From: Candidatus Eiseniibacteriota bacterium
Lineage (GTDB): Bacteria; Eisenbacteria; RBG-16-71-46
NCBI GenBank assembly: GCA_031370785.1
Contig: JANMQY010000079.1
Coordinates: forward strand, 32,001-96,000
Direction of reading: 5' to 3'
Length of the DNA: 64,000 bases
In this document: piece after piece, positions 38,919 through 47,942 of the stretch
Position numbering within the stretch: position 1 is the first letter of the stretch
How the letters are laid out: each line of letters starts with the position of its first letter
The notes under the pieces: model-generated
Told to the model about the DNA's origin: nothing
The model's input: the letters and a program-made list of their open reading frames with translations, nothing else
The model's database searches: none
Program-made: the position numbers and the translations under genes

Positions 38919-40175
38919 CTAGAACGTGGTCTGCAGCTTGAGGAAGCCCTTGTCGTGGTGAAACGTGACCTCGTACGGCTCGTGATCGAGCTCGATGCCC
39001 TCGATCCCTTCGACGCTGACCCGGCCGAAGCGCGCGGCGAGCCCGAGGTAGGCGCGCGATTCCTTGCGCGTGCCGTAGGTGGTCCACGGGGTCGTGCCCT
39101 GCTGGTCGATCGAGATCCGGTCGACCATCGCGCCGACCCGCGCGATCCAGCCCGGCGAAAGCAGCCAGGCCAGCTCGCCATGGGTGAGGCGGTCGATGCC
39201 GCCGAACGCTCCGGGACCGATGCCCTGCCCGACGAGCTGGGTGCGCGCCTGATACATCCAGTGCACCGACGCGGAGAGCCTGGTCGTGAGCTGACGACGC
39301 AGCGTCCCCTCGGCCGACCACTGGCGGCGGTAGTCGAGCCGGTCGCCGTCCGAGAAGTCCAGCGCCCGATCGGTGCTCGAAGCCTGTTGGTTGGTGGCGC
39401 GCGTTTCCCACTCGAGCCCGAGCGCGCGCACCTCGAGCGAACCGTACGCGAACGTTCCCCACAGGTACCGCTCGTGGTTGGGCTCGGCCGGCGTGGCGCC
39501 GAACACCTTCCTTCGCGACGGCGTGAGCCAGCGTCCGCCAGCCTCGGCCCGCCACGCGGCATGGCGAGTGACCACACGCAGCTCCGGCTCGTACGGGTGC
39601 ACCAGGTAGGGCTCCGAAGCGTTGCCGACCCGCGTCTGGCGAAACGCCCACAGGTTGTTGAGCATGTCTTCGACGGTGAACGTGGCCTGCATCTGTAGCG
39701 CGGTGGTGTCGGCGCCCAGTTCCCATCTCAGCGAAAAATCCTGGCGAGATTTGTCGTACGAGGGCTGGAAGATGATCGAAGTCGTGCCCCAGCGCCTCGG
39801 GAAGGCGAACGAGAGGCCGAGGTAGTCGAACGACTCCACGTTGTCGTGCGACTGGCGCATCTCGAGCCCGAACGTGGATTTCGTGCCGAGCGCGGTGCGG
39901 AGCTTGAGATCGTTGATGAGGAACCACTGCCCGGCAGTCAGGCATCCCTGCGAGGTGCGGAATGCCTGCGGCGCATGCTCCCACTCGTCACGCCACTCGC
40001 GCGGCACGCGGGTCAGCACGTGATCCAGCAGACTCTCGTCATCTTCCTCCTGCCGCGCCACGTCGAAGCTCGAGAACTCCTCGGCGTTGGCGCCGGCGGG
40101 CGCGGGCGCGGTGGCGAGGAGCGCGCAGGCGAAGAGTGCGGCGGGAAGGCCGCGGCGGAACGCGAAGGCGATCAC
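38919..40175 (-). CDS. Hypothetical outer-membrane beta-barrel protein
   Basis: Signal peptide, beta-strand pattern and a C-terminal KGFLKLQTTF (terminal Phe beta-signal). Confidence 0.65.
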   Translation of the reverse strand: MIAFAFRRGLPAALFACALLATAPAPAGANAEEFSSFDVARQEEDDESLLDHVLTRVPREWRDEWEHAPQAFRTSQGCLTAGQWFLINDLKLRTALGTKSTFGLEMRQSHDNVESFDYLGLSFAFPRRWGTTSIIFQPSYDKSRQDFSLRWELGADTTALQMQATFTVEDMLNNLWAFRQTRVGNASEPYLVHPYEPELRVVTRHAAWRAEAGGRWLTPSRRKVFGATPAEPNHERYLWGTFAYGSLEVRALGLEWETRATNQQASSTDRALDFSDGDRLDYRRQWSAEGTLRRQLTTRLSASVHWMYQARTQLVGQGIGPGAFGGIDRLTHGELAWLLSPGWIARVGAMVDRISIDQQGTTPWTTYGTRKESRAYLGLAARFGRVSVEGIEGIELDHEPYEVTFHHDKGFLKLQTTF

Positions 40176-40837
40176 CCGCGCTCCCGCGCGGGCGCGGCGC
40201 CGTGGCCCGAGCGGGCGACCAGGTCGACGAACGCGCGCGCACGGCGCGTGATCTCACCGAACTCGCCACGGGCGGCGAGCACGGGATCGGCGAGCGCGCC
40301 GCCGAGTCCGACCCCGATGCAGCCCGCTTCGAGGAACAGGGCGGTGTTCGCGAGAGTCGTCCCGCCCGCGGCCAGCATCGGCAGGTCGGGCAGCGGGTCG
40401 CGAATGACGCGGATGTAGTCCGGTCCTCCCGCGACACCAACCGGGTACACCTTGACCACGTGCGCCCCGCCCTCGCGCGCGGCGAGGATCTCGGACGTGG
40501 TGTAGGCTCCGGGGCAGTACATTGCAATCGCCTCGAGGGCGACACGCGCGACTTCGCGATTGAAATTGGGAGCGACGATGAAGCGTGCACCGGCGGTGAT
40601 CGCGGCGCGCGCCTGATCGGCGGTGAGCACGGTGCCGGCGCCGACGATCGCGCCAGACAGGTCGCGCAGCGCGGCCATGACCCGCGCCGCATCGGGTACG
40701 GTGAACGTGACTTCGAGGAGCGCGATTCCGCCGCGGGCCACGGCGCGCGCCGACGCTTCGGCGGCCTCGGGCGAGGGAGCGCGGATGACGGCGAGCAGGC
40801 GCTGCTCGCGCAGCGTGACGAGGGCGGAGGGAGTCAT
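40172..40837 (-). CDS. eda: KDPG/KHG aldolase
   Basis: LAVIR, LEVT, VGAGTVL, GARFIVAP, PGAYT.SEI and VKVYP. Confidence 0.85.
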   Translation of the reverse strand: MTPSALVTLREQRLLAVIRAPSPEAAEASARAVARGGIALLEVTFTVPDAARVMAALRDLSGAIVGAGTVLTADQARAAITAGARFIVAPNFNREVARVALEAIAMYCPGAYTTSEILAAREGGAHVVKVYPVGVAGGPDYIRVIRDPLPDLPMLAAGGTTLANTALFLEAGCIGVGLGGALADPVLAARGEFGEITRRARAFVDLVARSGHGAAPARERG

Positions 40838-40927
40838 GAGTTTGGATCCAGCCTGGGACTCTAGAAGGGGCGGAGAAATGCGGCAAGGCTGGAGTGCGCG
40901 ACCCTTTCCCGGATCGGGAGCGTCCCG

Positions 40928-43513
40928 ATGAGCGGCGCCGGCTCCCGGCGAAACCTGATCCTGCTCGTGGCCAGCGCGCTGGTGGTGCTGGTCGTCATTG
41001 CCTGGGCGGTGGTGTCCGCGGCCTTTCCGCCGGCAAAGGTGCGCGAGCTGATCGTGGCGAGGCTCTCGGCGACGCTCGACCGCGACGTGCGCATCGAGGG
41101 CGCGTCGTTCACGCTGTGGCCGCCGGTCCGGTTCGTGATGAAGCGCCCCGCGCTCGCCGAGCCGGGTGGCTTCGTGCGCGGGGAGGCGCTGCGCGCCGAA
41201 GCGCTCGATCTCGACGTCGATCCCTTCGCGCTGCTCGCGCGTCGGCTGGTCATCCGCCGGCTCGCGCTCGATCGACCGAGCGTTCACCTCGTGCTCAATC
41301 CCGACGGAACCACCAACTTCGACCGCATGACGAAGCCGTCGTCGAGCGCGAAGAAGAAGGCTTCATCGTCGGCCATGGACCTCGCGGTGAGCCAGCTGTC
41401 GCTGCGCGGTGCGCGGTTCGTGATCGACGATCTGCGGACCCGCCGGCGCACCACGTTCCAGGCGGACAGCCGGATCGCGCTCAAGATGGCGGGCGGCACG
41501 CGCATCGAGACCGATGGCCGCACCACGCTGACGGGCTTTGCGCGCGGGCCGCTGAGTGCCGCGCGCCTCGCCGATCTCGACCAGAGTCTCGCCGGCATCG
41601 TGCTCGCGGTCGAACACCGCGGTCGATGGGACGGCCCGCGCAAGCGCCTCGCCCTCGAGCGCCTCGCGCTGCGCATGGGCAAGGCCGAGGCGTCTTTCGT
41701 CGGCACGATCGACGACCCGGGGCCGCGCGCGGCCCTGGACCTCAACGGGCGCGGCTCGAATGTCGACGTGGCCGAGCTGCTGCGCGCGCTGTCGGCGGCC
41801 AGCCTGCCCGCGCTGCACGGGGTCTCGGGCTCCGGGCGCGCCGACTTCAACCTCACCGCGCGCGGCGCGCTCGGGCCCGGGCGGAGCCCGGCGCTGACCG
41901 GCGTGCTGCGCGTGCGCGACGGTGCGTTCCGCTATCCGGGATCTGCGCTCCCGGTCAGCGGCGTCGCCTTCACCGCGCGGTTCGCGCCCGACTCGCTCGG
42001 AATCGGCGACCTGGTCGCGCGGGTGGGCGATCAGCCGCTCAAGGCGGCAATGTCCATGACCCGTTTTGCCGATCCCAGGGTGCGCTTCCTGGTGGACGGG
42101 CTCGTGGATCTCGCCGCGGTCGGACCGCTGATCGCGCCTCCCGACGTGAAGCTCAGCGGACGCGCGGCGCTGCACCTGAACGGCGAGGGCCGGCTGCGGG
42201 ATCGCGGCGCGATGACGCTGAACGGGAGCTCGCGCTTTGCCGAGATCAGCATCCGGAGCCTTTCGCTGCCCAAGGTGGTCGAGCACGTCCGCGGCGACGT
42301 CACGTTCTCGGGCACGCGGGCCGTGGTGCGCGGGCTCTCGGCGAGCGCCGGGCAGTCCTCCTTCGCACTCGACGCCTCGGTGGAACGGCCGCTCGCGCTG
42401 ATGGCGAAGCCGGACTCGGTGCCTCCCGCGCTCGTGTCGTTCACGCTCAACTCGCCCTATCTCGACCTCTCCGAGCTGCTCCCGCCGGTGCCGGGCCCGA
42501 CGCTCTTGCCCAACGCGCGCGGACAGGGCCGCGTGACCATCGCCCGGCTTCGCCAGGGCAAGCTCGACGTGTCGAAGGTCAACACCACGGTGACTTTCGA
42601 TCCGCGCACGCTCACCGCTCCCGATTTCGCGCTCGAAGGCTACGGTGGCGCGGTGAGCGGCAGCGCGAAATTCGATCTCACCGACCCGGCCAATCCCGCG
42701 TTCCGGGTGAAGGCGAAGATCGACACGGTGCAGGCCGACGCGCTGCTCTCGACGTGGATCCCCGCGAAGAGCGCGCTCAGGGGCGCGCTCAGCACCACGC
42801 TCGATCTTTCGGGAGTCGGGACCAGGCCCGAGCAGATGCGCCGCACCCTCACCGCGATCGGGCAGGCGGTGGTGGCGAACGGGGAGTTCGGGCCCGCGCC
42901 CGCGCTCGATGCGATCGCGGCGCTCACGAAAATGAAGACCTTTCAGAAAATCACGTTCCGCCACCTCGACGTGCCGTTCAAGATCGAGAACGGCAGGGTC
43001 GCGATGCGTGAGATCGCACTCGATGGTCCGAGCGGCGATTGGCGGGCAAGCGGGCTGCTCGGCTTCGATGGCGCGCTCGACTACGCGGTCATGGTGCTGG
43101 TGCCGCGCGAGCAGGTCGATCAGTTGGGCTCTGGCGCGGCCCTGCTCGCGGGCGCGCTCACCGATGCGCAGGGCCGGGTGCGGCTCGCGTTCCGGGTCGG
43201 CGGCACCGCGACCTCTCCGCGCGTCTCGCTCGACGCTCAGGCGATGCGCGATGCGGCCGCCGGGCGCGTGAACCAGGTGATCGAGCAGCAGAAATCTCGC
43301 ATCGAGGAACAGCTGAGGCAGGTGCTCAACCCGCGGCCGGGCCCGAAGGACAGCGCGCGCGCCCCGAGCATGGGGTCGATCGCCGACAGCCTGAAGAAGA
43401 TCAAAGGGAGCGACGTGCTGAAGGACCTGCTCGGCATTCCGAGGAAGAAGAAGGCCGTTCCCGCCGACACGGTGGCACGCGATACCGCGGCGCGCGACAG
43501 CGCCGCGCACTGA
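40928..43513 (+). CDS. AsmA family (bridge-like lipid transport) protein
   Basis: N-terminal TM, LNPDGTTNF, repeated beta-taco segments and the C-terminal G.LGFDGALDY...FRVGGTATSPRV. Confidence 0.82.
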   Translation: MSGAGSRRNLILLVASALVVLVVIAWAVVSAAFPPAKVRELIVARLSATLDRDVRIEGASFTLWPPVRFVMKRPALAEPGGFVRGEALRAEALDLDVDPFALLARRLVIRRLALDRPSVHLVLNPDGTTNFDRMTKPSSSAKKKASSSAMDLAVSQLSLRGARFVIDDLRTRRRTTFQADSRIALKMAGGTRIETDGRTTLTGFARGPLSAARLADLDQSLAGIVLAVEHRGRWDGPRKRLALERLALRMGKAEASFVGTIDDPGPRAALDLNGRGSNVDVAELLRALSAASLPALHGVSGSGRADFNLTARGALGPGRSPALTGVLRVRDGAFRYPGSALPVSGVAFTARFAPDSLGIGDLVARVGDQPLKAAMSMTRFADPRVRFLVDGLVDLAAVGPLIAPPDVKLSGRAALHLNGEGRLRDRGAMTLNGSSRFAEISIRSLSLPKVVEHVRGDVTFSGTRAVVRGLSASAGQSSFALDASVERPLALMAKPDSVPPALVSFTLNSPYLDLSELLPPVPGPTLLPNARGQGRVTIARLRQGKLDVSKVNTTVTFDPRTLTAPDFALEGYGGAVSGSAKFDLTDPANPAFRVKAKIDTVQADALLSTWIPAKSALRGALSTTLDLSGVGTRPEQMRRTLTAIGQAVVANGEFGPAPALDAIAALTKMKTFQKITFRHLDVPFKIENGRVAMREIALDGPSGDWRASGLLGFDGALDYAVMVLVPREQVDQLGSGAALLAGALTDAQGRVRLAFRVGGTATSPRVSLDAQAMRDAAAGRVNQVIEQQKSRIEEQLRQVLNPRPGPKDSARAPSMGSIADSLKKIKGSDVLKDLLGIPRKKKAVPADTVARDTAARDSAAH

Positions 43514-43540
43514 ACCCGGACGCTCGCGGCGTGCGAACTT

Positions 43541-45598
43541 CTAGCTCGCTCCGACTCCCGCCATCTCCGCAACCTGGGCGCGGTCCAGCTCTTCGATCAC
43601 CACGCGCAGCAGCTCGGCGGCGGCGAGCGGAGAGCGAGTGCCATCCGCATGCCACGCGCCGTCCGGCGTGAGCCGGAACGTCGCGGGAACTCCGCCGAAA
43701 AGCCCGCGAGCGTCGTCCGCCGCTGAACCGGACATCGCGGTCGCGGCGTCTGCGCCGCCCTGGTCGAGCGTGCACAGCGCGCGGAGCCAGCCGCCCACCC
43801 GCGCCTGCGCCGCGAGGTCGCGGGCGTAGACGCGCAGGTAGGCGCTGAAGAAGGGGCCGAGCCACTCGGGACGCGCGATCGTGCCGCCCGGCTCGTCGAG
43901 CAGTCCGTACGGCGTGAACAGCTTTTCCTCCAGCGTTTCGATCAGGCACGCGGCGCGATCCGGGCTGATCAGCGTGGGCGACAGGCTCACCGCCAGCGCC
44001 TGCGCGGGGGAGAGGCCGCTCACTGGACCGTCCGGGCCGAGCGCGACATAGAGCGCGCCCTGGCGCACGTCCCACATCACATCGTGGAAATGAGTCTGGT
44101 GGTCACGCGCCCAGGCCAGATAGAACGCCCCGTTCTCGCGGTGCCCGGTGAGGCGTGCCAGCTGAGCCATTGCCACCAGCGCGTGATACCAGAGGATGTT
44201 GAGGTCGGCGCGCGCGCTCCACGAATCGCCGCCACCGGTCTCGAGAAGCCCGCTCGGGCCGACCCGGATTCCGTGCGTGCCGGCGCGGTAGAACAGCATC
44301 ACGCTTTCGAGCGGCGCGTACAGAACATCGCGCACGAAGTCGAGATCGTCGCTGCGGCGCGCGTAGACATCGGCGGCGGCGACCAGCCACAGCGCGGGCG
44401 CGGGATCGCCATAGCGCGGGGTGCCGTCCTCGGGCGCGAAGCCTTCGGGCGCGAGCCCCTCGTTCAGGTACTCGGCCGCGCCGCGCAGGATCGCTCGCGC
44501 ATCGTCGAATGCGCGCAGCGCGATCAGCGCCGGGATGGCGCGCAGCGCGGCCGCGCCAGACTCGTGCGAACCGGGAAGGGTCTCGGCGAGGCCGAGCCTT
44601 CCGGCGCGATGCACCAGGCCGGCTTCGAGCGCGCGGGCGAGCGGCGTCACCCACGGATCTCCGGGCTCGACCAGTGGCTCGCGCCTTCGCGCCGCCTCGC
44701 GGCCGTGCGCGGCGGCGGCCAGCCGCGCGGTGAAGTCCGCGCCCGCGATCGCGCTCGCCTCGAACTGGGCGAGAGTCACGCGGCGCTCGCGCTCGATCAC
44801 GCGCACGCATTCGGCGAGCGAGCGGGGCGGCGGCGTGCCGAGTCGATCCTCGGCGGCGAGCGCGCGGAACAGATCGCTCTCGCTCGAGGCGACGACGAGC
44901 AGTTCCTCGCCCGGCGCGAGCCCGCCCTCGATGTGTCCCGGAACGAAAGCGTCTTCGTACTCGGGTTCCACCCCGGGCAGCGCATCGAACGGAAGGTACA
45001 GCCTGCGCTGCCAGACCCGTGCCGGCAGGAACGCGCCGTTGTGCCACAGCGTGAGCGCCGGGTCGCCATCGGCAAATTCGATGCGCACCCGGCCCGGCAC
45101 GCCCTGCGCCGCGCCGCGCAACGCCGGATTCTCGCGCTGCACCGCGTGCGGAGCGCGGGCGGCGGTGAGCGGGCTCACCGTGAGGCGCACCGGAGGGCCT
45201 TCGATGTGACGGTAGGCGATCGCCACCGCGTGGTGGCCGTCCACCATCAGCACGGACTTCTCGATCAGGGTATCCCCGGCGCGGTACCGCCAGATGGGCC
45301 ACGGCTCGGCGTGGAACGACTCGATCAGGCGATGTCCTGCCGGGCGGGCCGCCCCGCCCGCGACCAGCGCGCTGCCCAGCTCGAAGGTTCCGACGGCGGA
45401 GAGCACGCGCTCATCGAGCCGCAGCAGCAGCGTGATCAGCTCCGAGTGAGCGCGCGTCGCGGTGAGCAGCGCGTGGGTGCGGCGCGCGTTCGCACCGGCC
45501 GCGGTGCCCGAGGCCGAGCCGCCGATTCCGTTCGAGAGCAGCCATTCGCTCGAAAGCAACGCATCGAGCGGCGAGCGGACATCCTGTCCTGGACGCAT
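43541..45598 (-). CDS. Glycogen debranching enzyme (amylo-alpha-1,6-glucosidase)-like protein, catalytic motifs degenerate
   Basis: GDE_N start EWLLSNGIGGSASGT...RRTHALL, NILWYHAL and LFTPYGL. Confidence 0.75.
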   Translation of the reverse strand: MRPGQDVRSPLDALLSSEWLLSNGIGGSASGTAAGANARRTHALLTATRAHSELITLLLRLDERVLSAVGTFELGSALVAGGAARPAGHRLIESFHAEPWPIWRYRAGDTLIEKSVLMVDGHHAVAIAYRHIEGPPVRLTVSPLTAARAPHAVQRENPALRGAAQGVPGRVRIEFADGDPALTLWHNGAFLPARVWQRRLYLPFDALPGVEPEYEDAFVPGHIEGGLAPGEELLVVASSESDLFRALAAEDRLGTPPPRSLAECVRVIERERRVTLAQFEASAIAGADFTARLAAAAHGREAARRREPLVEPGDPWVTPLARALEAGLVHRAGRLGLAETLPGSHESGAAALRAIPALIALRAFDDARAILRGAAEYLNEGLAPEGFAPEDGTPRYGDPAPALWLVAAADVYARRSDDLDFVRDVLYAPLESVMLFYRAGTHGIRVGPSGLLETGGGDSWSARADLNILWYHALVAMAQLARLTGHRENGAFYLAWARDHQTHFHDVMWDVRQGALYVALGPDGPVSGLSPAQALAVSLSPTLISPDRAACLIETLEEKLFTPYGLLDEPGGTIARPEWLGPFFSAYLRVYARDLAAQARVGGWLRALCTLDQGGADAATAMSGSAADDARGLFGGVPATFRLTPDGAWHADGTRSPLAAAELLRVVIEELDRAQVAEMAGVGAS

Positions 45599-45647
45599 GG
45601 ACGCCTAGGATACCCGCGAACCGGCGCGGATGAAAGAACCGCGTGCG

Positions 45648-46826
45648 CTAAAGCGTCGCCGGCTTGCGCAGCACCGCGGTGAGCGGGACGAGGCTGACCC
45701 CGTCCAGACGCTTTGCGGTGGTCGCCCGTGGCAGCCACTCGAGCAGGTGCGGGGTAGCCCGCACCATGACCAGCAGCCGTCCGCGGGCGCGCGCTTCCTT
45801 GAGGGCCGCGTTCCAGGCCAGATCGAGCGCCCGGGAGCTGGTCGCGCGCGGCTCGCTGTCCATCACCGCGTCCGGCTCGTCGTAGACCACGCCCAGATCG
45901 GCGGCGAGCCGCCGGCACACCGACCCGGCCGCGGGTTGCACGTGCAGGAACGGCAGGTTGCGGCGCTTGAGCTCGCTGTAGACAGAGGTCATCACCGACA
46001 TGTCCTGCGTGGCCAGGGAACCCATCAGGTTCGCGACTGCGACCACCGGGCCCGACTGATCGAAGTCGCGGCGCAGCTGCCCGGTGATGCGTGCGTCGCT
46101 CATGGTGACCAGCACCGTGCCCGCGCCGGGATTGACCTGCGGGTAGTTGATCGGCTCGAGCGGCAGGTGCATGACCACCTCCCGGTCGCGGCGATGCGCC
46201 TCGCGGAACAGCTCGACGCTGTGCTTCATGCCCGGCGCGAGCGCGACTGCGAACGGCACGGGCAGCTGGAACGCCCTGGCCTCCGCCGCGTCGTCCCCGA
46301 ATCCGTAGAGCAGCAGCGCCAGCTTCGCGGGCTCGCGCGGCGCTTCGCCCTCGACCAGCGGCGCGCGCACCAGCGTGACCGAATGCGTGGCCCGGTTCGG
46401 CAGTCCGACCAGCAGCGTCACCAGCGTCTCGCCGTGCTCCCCGCTTTTTTCGCGACCGGAGAGAACCGCCCCGCCCTGTTCCTCGACCCGGCGGCTGATC
46501 GCATAGTTGGCCTGGATGAGCGAAGCCTCGGGCCTGAGCCCGACCCGCCAGCGCACCGCGGCGCGGCCGCTCCCGGCAACACTCTCGTGCACGCTGTCCG
46601 CACTCACTCCGGCCGCCGCCAGACCGGCGCGGATCTCACGGCCCACGATCTGGGTGACCCGCGCCGGATCCCCGATTCCGAAGCGCGCGATCAGCAGGAT
46701 CCGGCCCGTATCCGAGCGCGACAGCTTCCATGCCTCGCCGGCGAGAAAGACGACGAGAGCGGCGGCCGCGAGCAGAATCACGGTGCGCAGTGAGAACCAG
46801 GCGGATTTCGATTTGCGTTTGGGCAT
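45648..46826 (-). CDS. Divergent polysaccharide deacetylase (YibQ-like) family protein, degenerate
   Basis: N-terminal TM; EVVMHLPLEP..YP..NPG and NLMGS.AT.D..VM. Confidence 0.75.
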   Translation of the reverse strand: MPKRKSKSAWFSLRTVILLAAAALVVFLAGEAWKLSRSDTGRILLIARFGIGDPARVTQIVGREIRAGLAAAGVSADSVHESVAGSGRAAVRWRVGLRPEASLIQANYAISRRVEEQGGAVLSGREKSGEHGETLVTLLVGLPNRATHSVTLVRAPLVEGEAPREPAKLALLLYGFGDDAAEARAFQLPVPFAVALAPGMKHSVELFREAHRRDREVVMHLPLEPINYPQVNPGAGTVLVTMSDARITGQLRRDFDQSGPVVAVANLMGSLATQDMSVMTSVYSELKRRNLPFLHVQPAAGSVCRRLAADLGVVYDEPDAVMDSEPRATSSRALDLAWNAALKEARARGRLLVMVRATPHLLEWLPRATTAKRLDGVSLVPLTAVLRKPATL

Positions 46827-47070
46827 AGGGTTCGCGGGCGCGGCGCAGGTTACGGAGCGACGCGAGTTTCGTCAACGGGTCACGTGGCAGCGGACAATAC
46901 GCGGCATGATGTAGCGTCGGCAGTTCAGATCAGGCGGTTCGCCCGCCCGACTCTTTGCACTTCACTGACACGCCTTCGCAAGTACGGTGTCAGCCTCTTT
47001 CCCGGCAGCGCCGATATTCCCCTTGAGACGCCCATGCCGGGCGCCGCTCATGCTCCCTGGGAGGTGCGAC

Positions 47071-47853
47071 ATGAAGTATTCGCGACTCGTGTGGTCCGCG
47101 CTCGCTCTGTGGGCGATCGCCGGAGTGACAACGCTGGCCTACGCCTGCGATCAGCACAAGGACGCTTCCGCCGCTTCCGCCGCTTCGGCTTCGAATCCCC
47201 TGATGTTGACCGCGAACGACGCCACGCATTGCACCGCCGCCCAGATCGCGGCCTGCAAGGCCGCAGGCGCCTCGATGGATCACTGCGCCAAGGGCGCGAA
47301 GGCTTCGAACGCTTCGACCGCCTCGATGGATCACTGCGCCAAGGGCGCGAAAGCTTCGGGCGCCTCCACCGCCTCGATGGACAACTGTGCGAAAGGCGCG
47401 AGCGCGATGACCGCCGGCGCATCGCCAACCTGTGGCGGACAGGGCATGACCCGGGTCGCGGCCCGCGGTATCCACCCCGACTGTGACGCGTGCAAGGACA
47501 TGGGGCTCTGCGAGCAGGAGATCGTTGCCGCGGGCGGTCGCGCGCAGATCGTGCCGCTCAAGAACGGCGTGATGTACGTCTACACCGCCGGAACCGCCGC
47601 GGGTATCCGCGCGGTGCAGGCCGCGGTCACTCACCGCAGCGAGCGCATGACGGCGATTTCCAATGCCGCCGTCAACTCCCACCTGTGCAGCGACTGCAAG
47701 GCGATGCGCGGGGCGATCGCGAGCGGCAAGCTCAATCGCGAAGTGGTGAGCATCGAGGGAGGCTGCCTGACGCTCGTGACCTCGAACGATCCCGCCATCG
47801 TCGCCCGACTGCACGCCATGGCCGGCGAGGTCGAGAAGCACACGAAGAGCTGA
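47071..47853 (+). CDS. Secreted Cys/His/Met-rich hypothetical protein
   Basis: GAGGTG RBS and signal peptide; SMDHCAKGAKAS repeats, HPDCDAC and HLCSDC. Confidence 0.75.
   Translation: MKYSRLVWSALALWAIAGVTTLAYACDQHKDASAASAASASNPLMLTANDATHCTAAQIAACKAAGASMDHCAKGAKASNASTASMDHCAKGAKASGASTASMDNCAKGASAMTAGASPTCGGQGMTRVAARGIHPDCDACKDMGLCEQEIVAAGGRAQIVPLKNGVMYVYTAGTAAGIRAVQAAVTHRSERMTAISNAAVNSHLCSDCKAMRGAIASGKLNREVVSIEGGCLTLVTSNDPAIVARLHAMAGEVEKHTKS
47269..47400 (+). repeat. About 2.6 copies of a 51-bp tandem repeat (ASMDHCAKGAKASxAST)
   Basis: GCCTCGATGGA.. units start at 47269, 47320 and 47371. Confidence 0.85.
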
Positions 47854-47867
47854 ATGCGCGGGTGCGC

Positions 47868-47901
47868 CAGAGGGGCCGGTCCAGGCGGACCGGCCCCTCT
47901 G
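47868..47901 (+). terminator. Hairpin terminator-like inverted repeat
   Basis: CAGAGGGGCCGGTCC-AGGC-GGACCGGCCCCTCTG, a perfect 15-bp stem 15 nt after the stop. Confidence 0.65.
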
Positions 47902-47942
47902 CGTTGCCCGGCGCGCGCCCAAGGGGCTAGGCTTCACCTCTC

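Noticed and set aside
37186..39984. 932-aa OmpA ORF
   Set aside because: The upstream part overlaps the 38919..40175 gene in another frame. The signal peptide and RBS place the start at 38715.
47269..47400. 51-bp repeats as CRISPR or a non-coding VNTR
   Set aside because: They are in-frame, contiguous and lie within a signal-peptide-bearing CDS.
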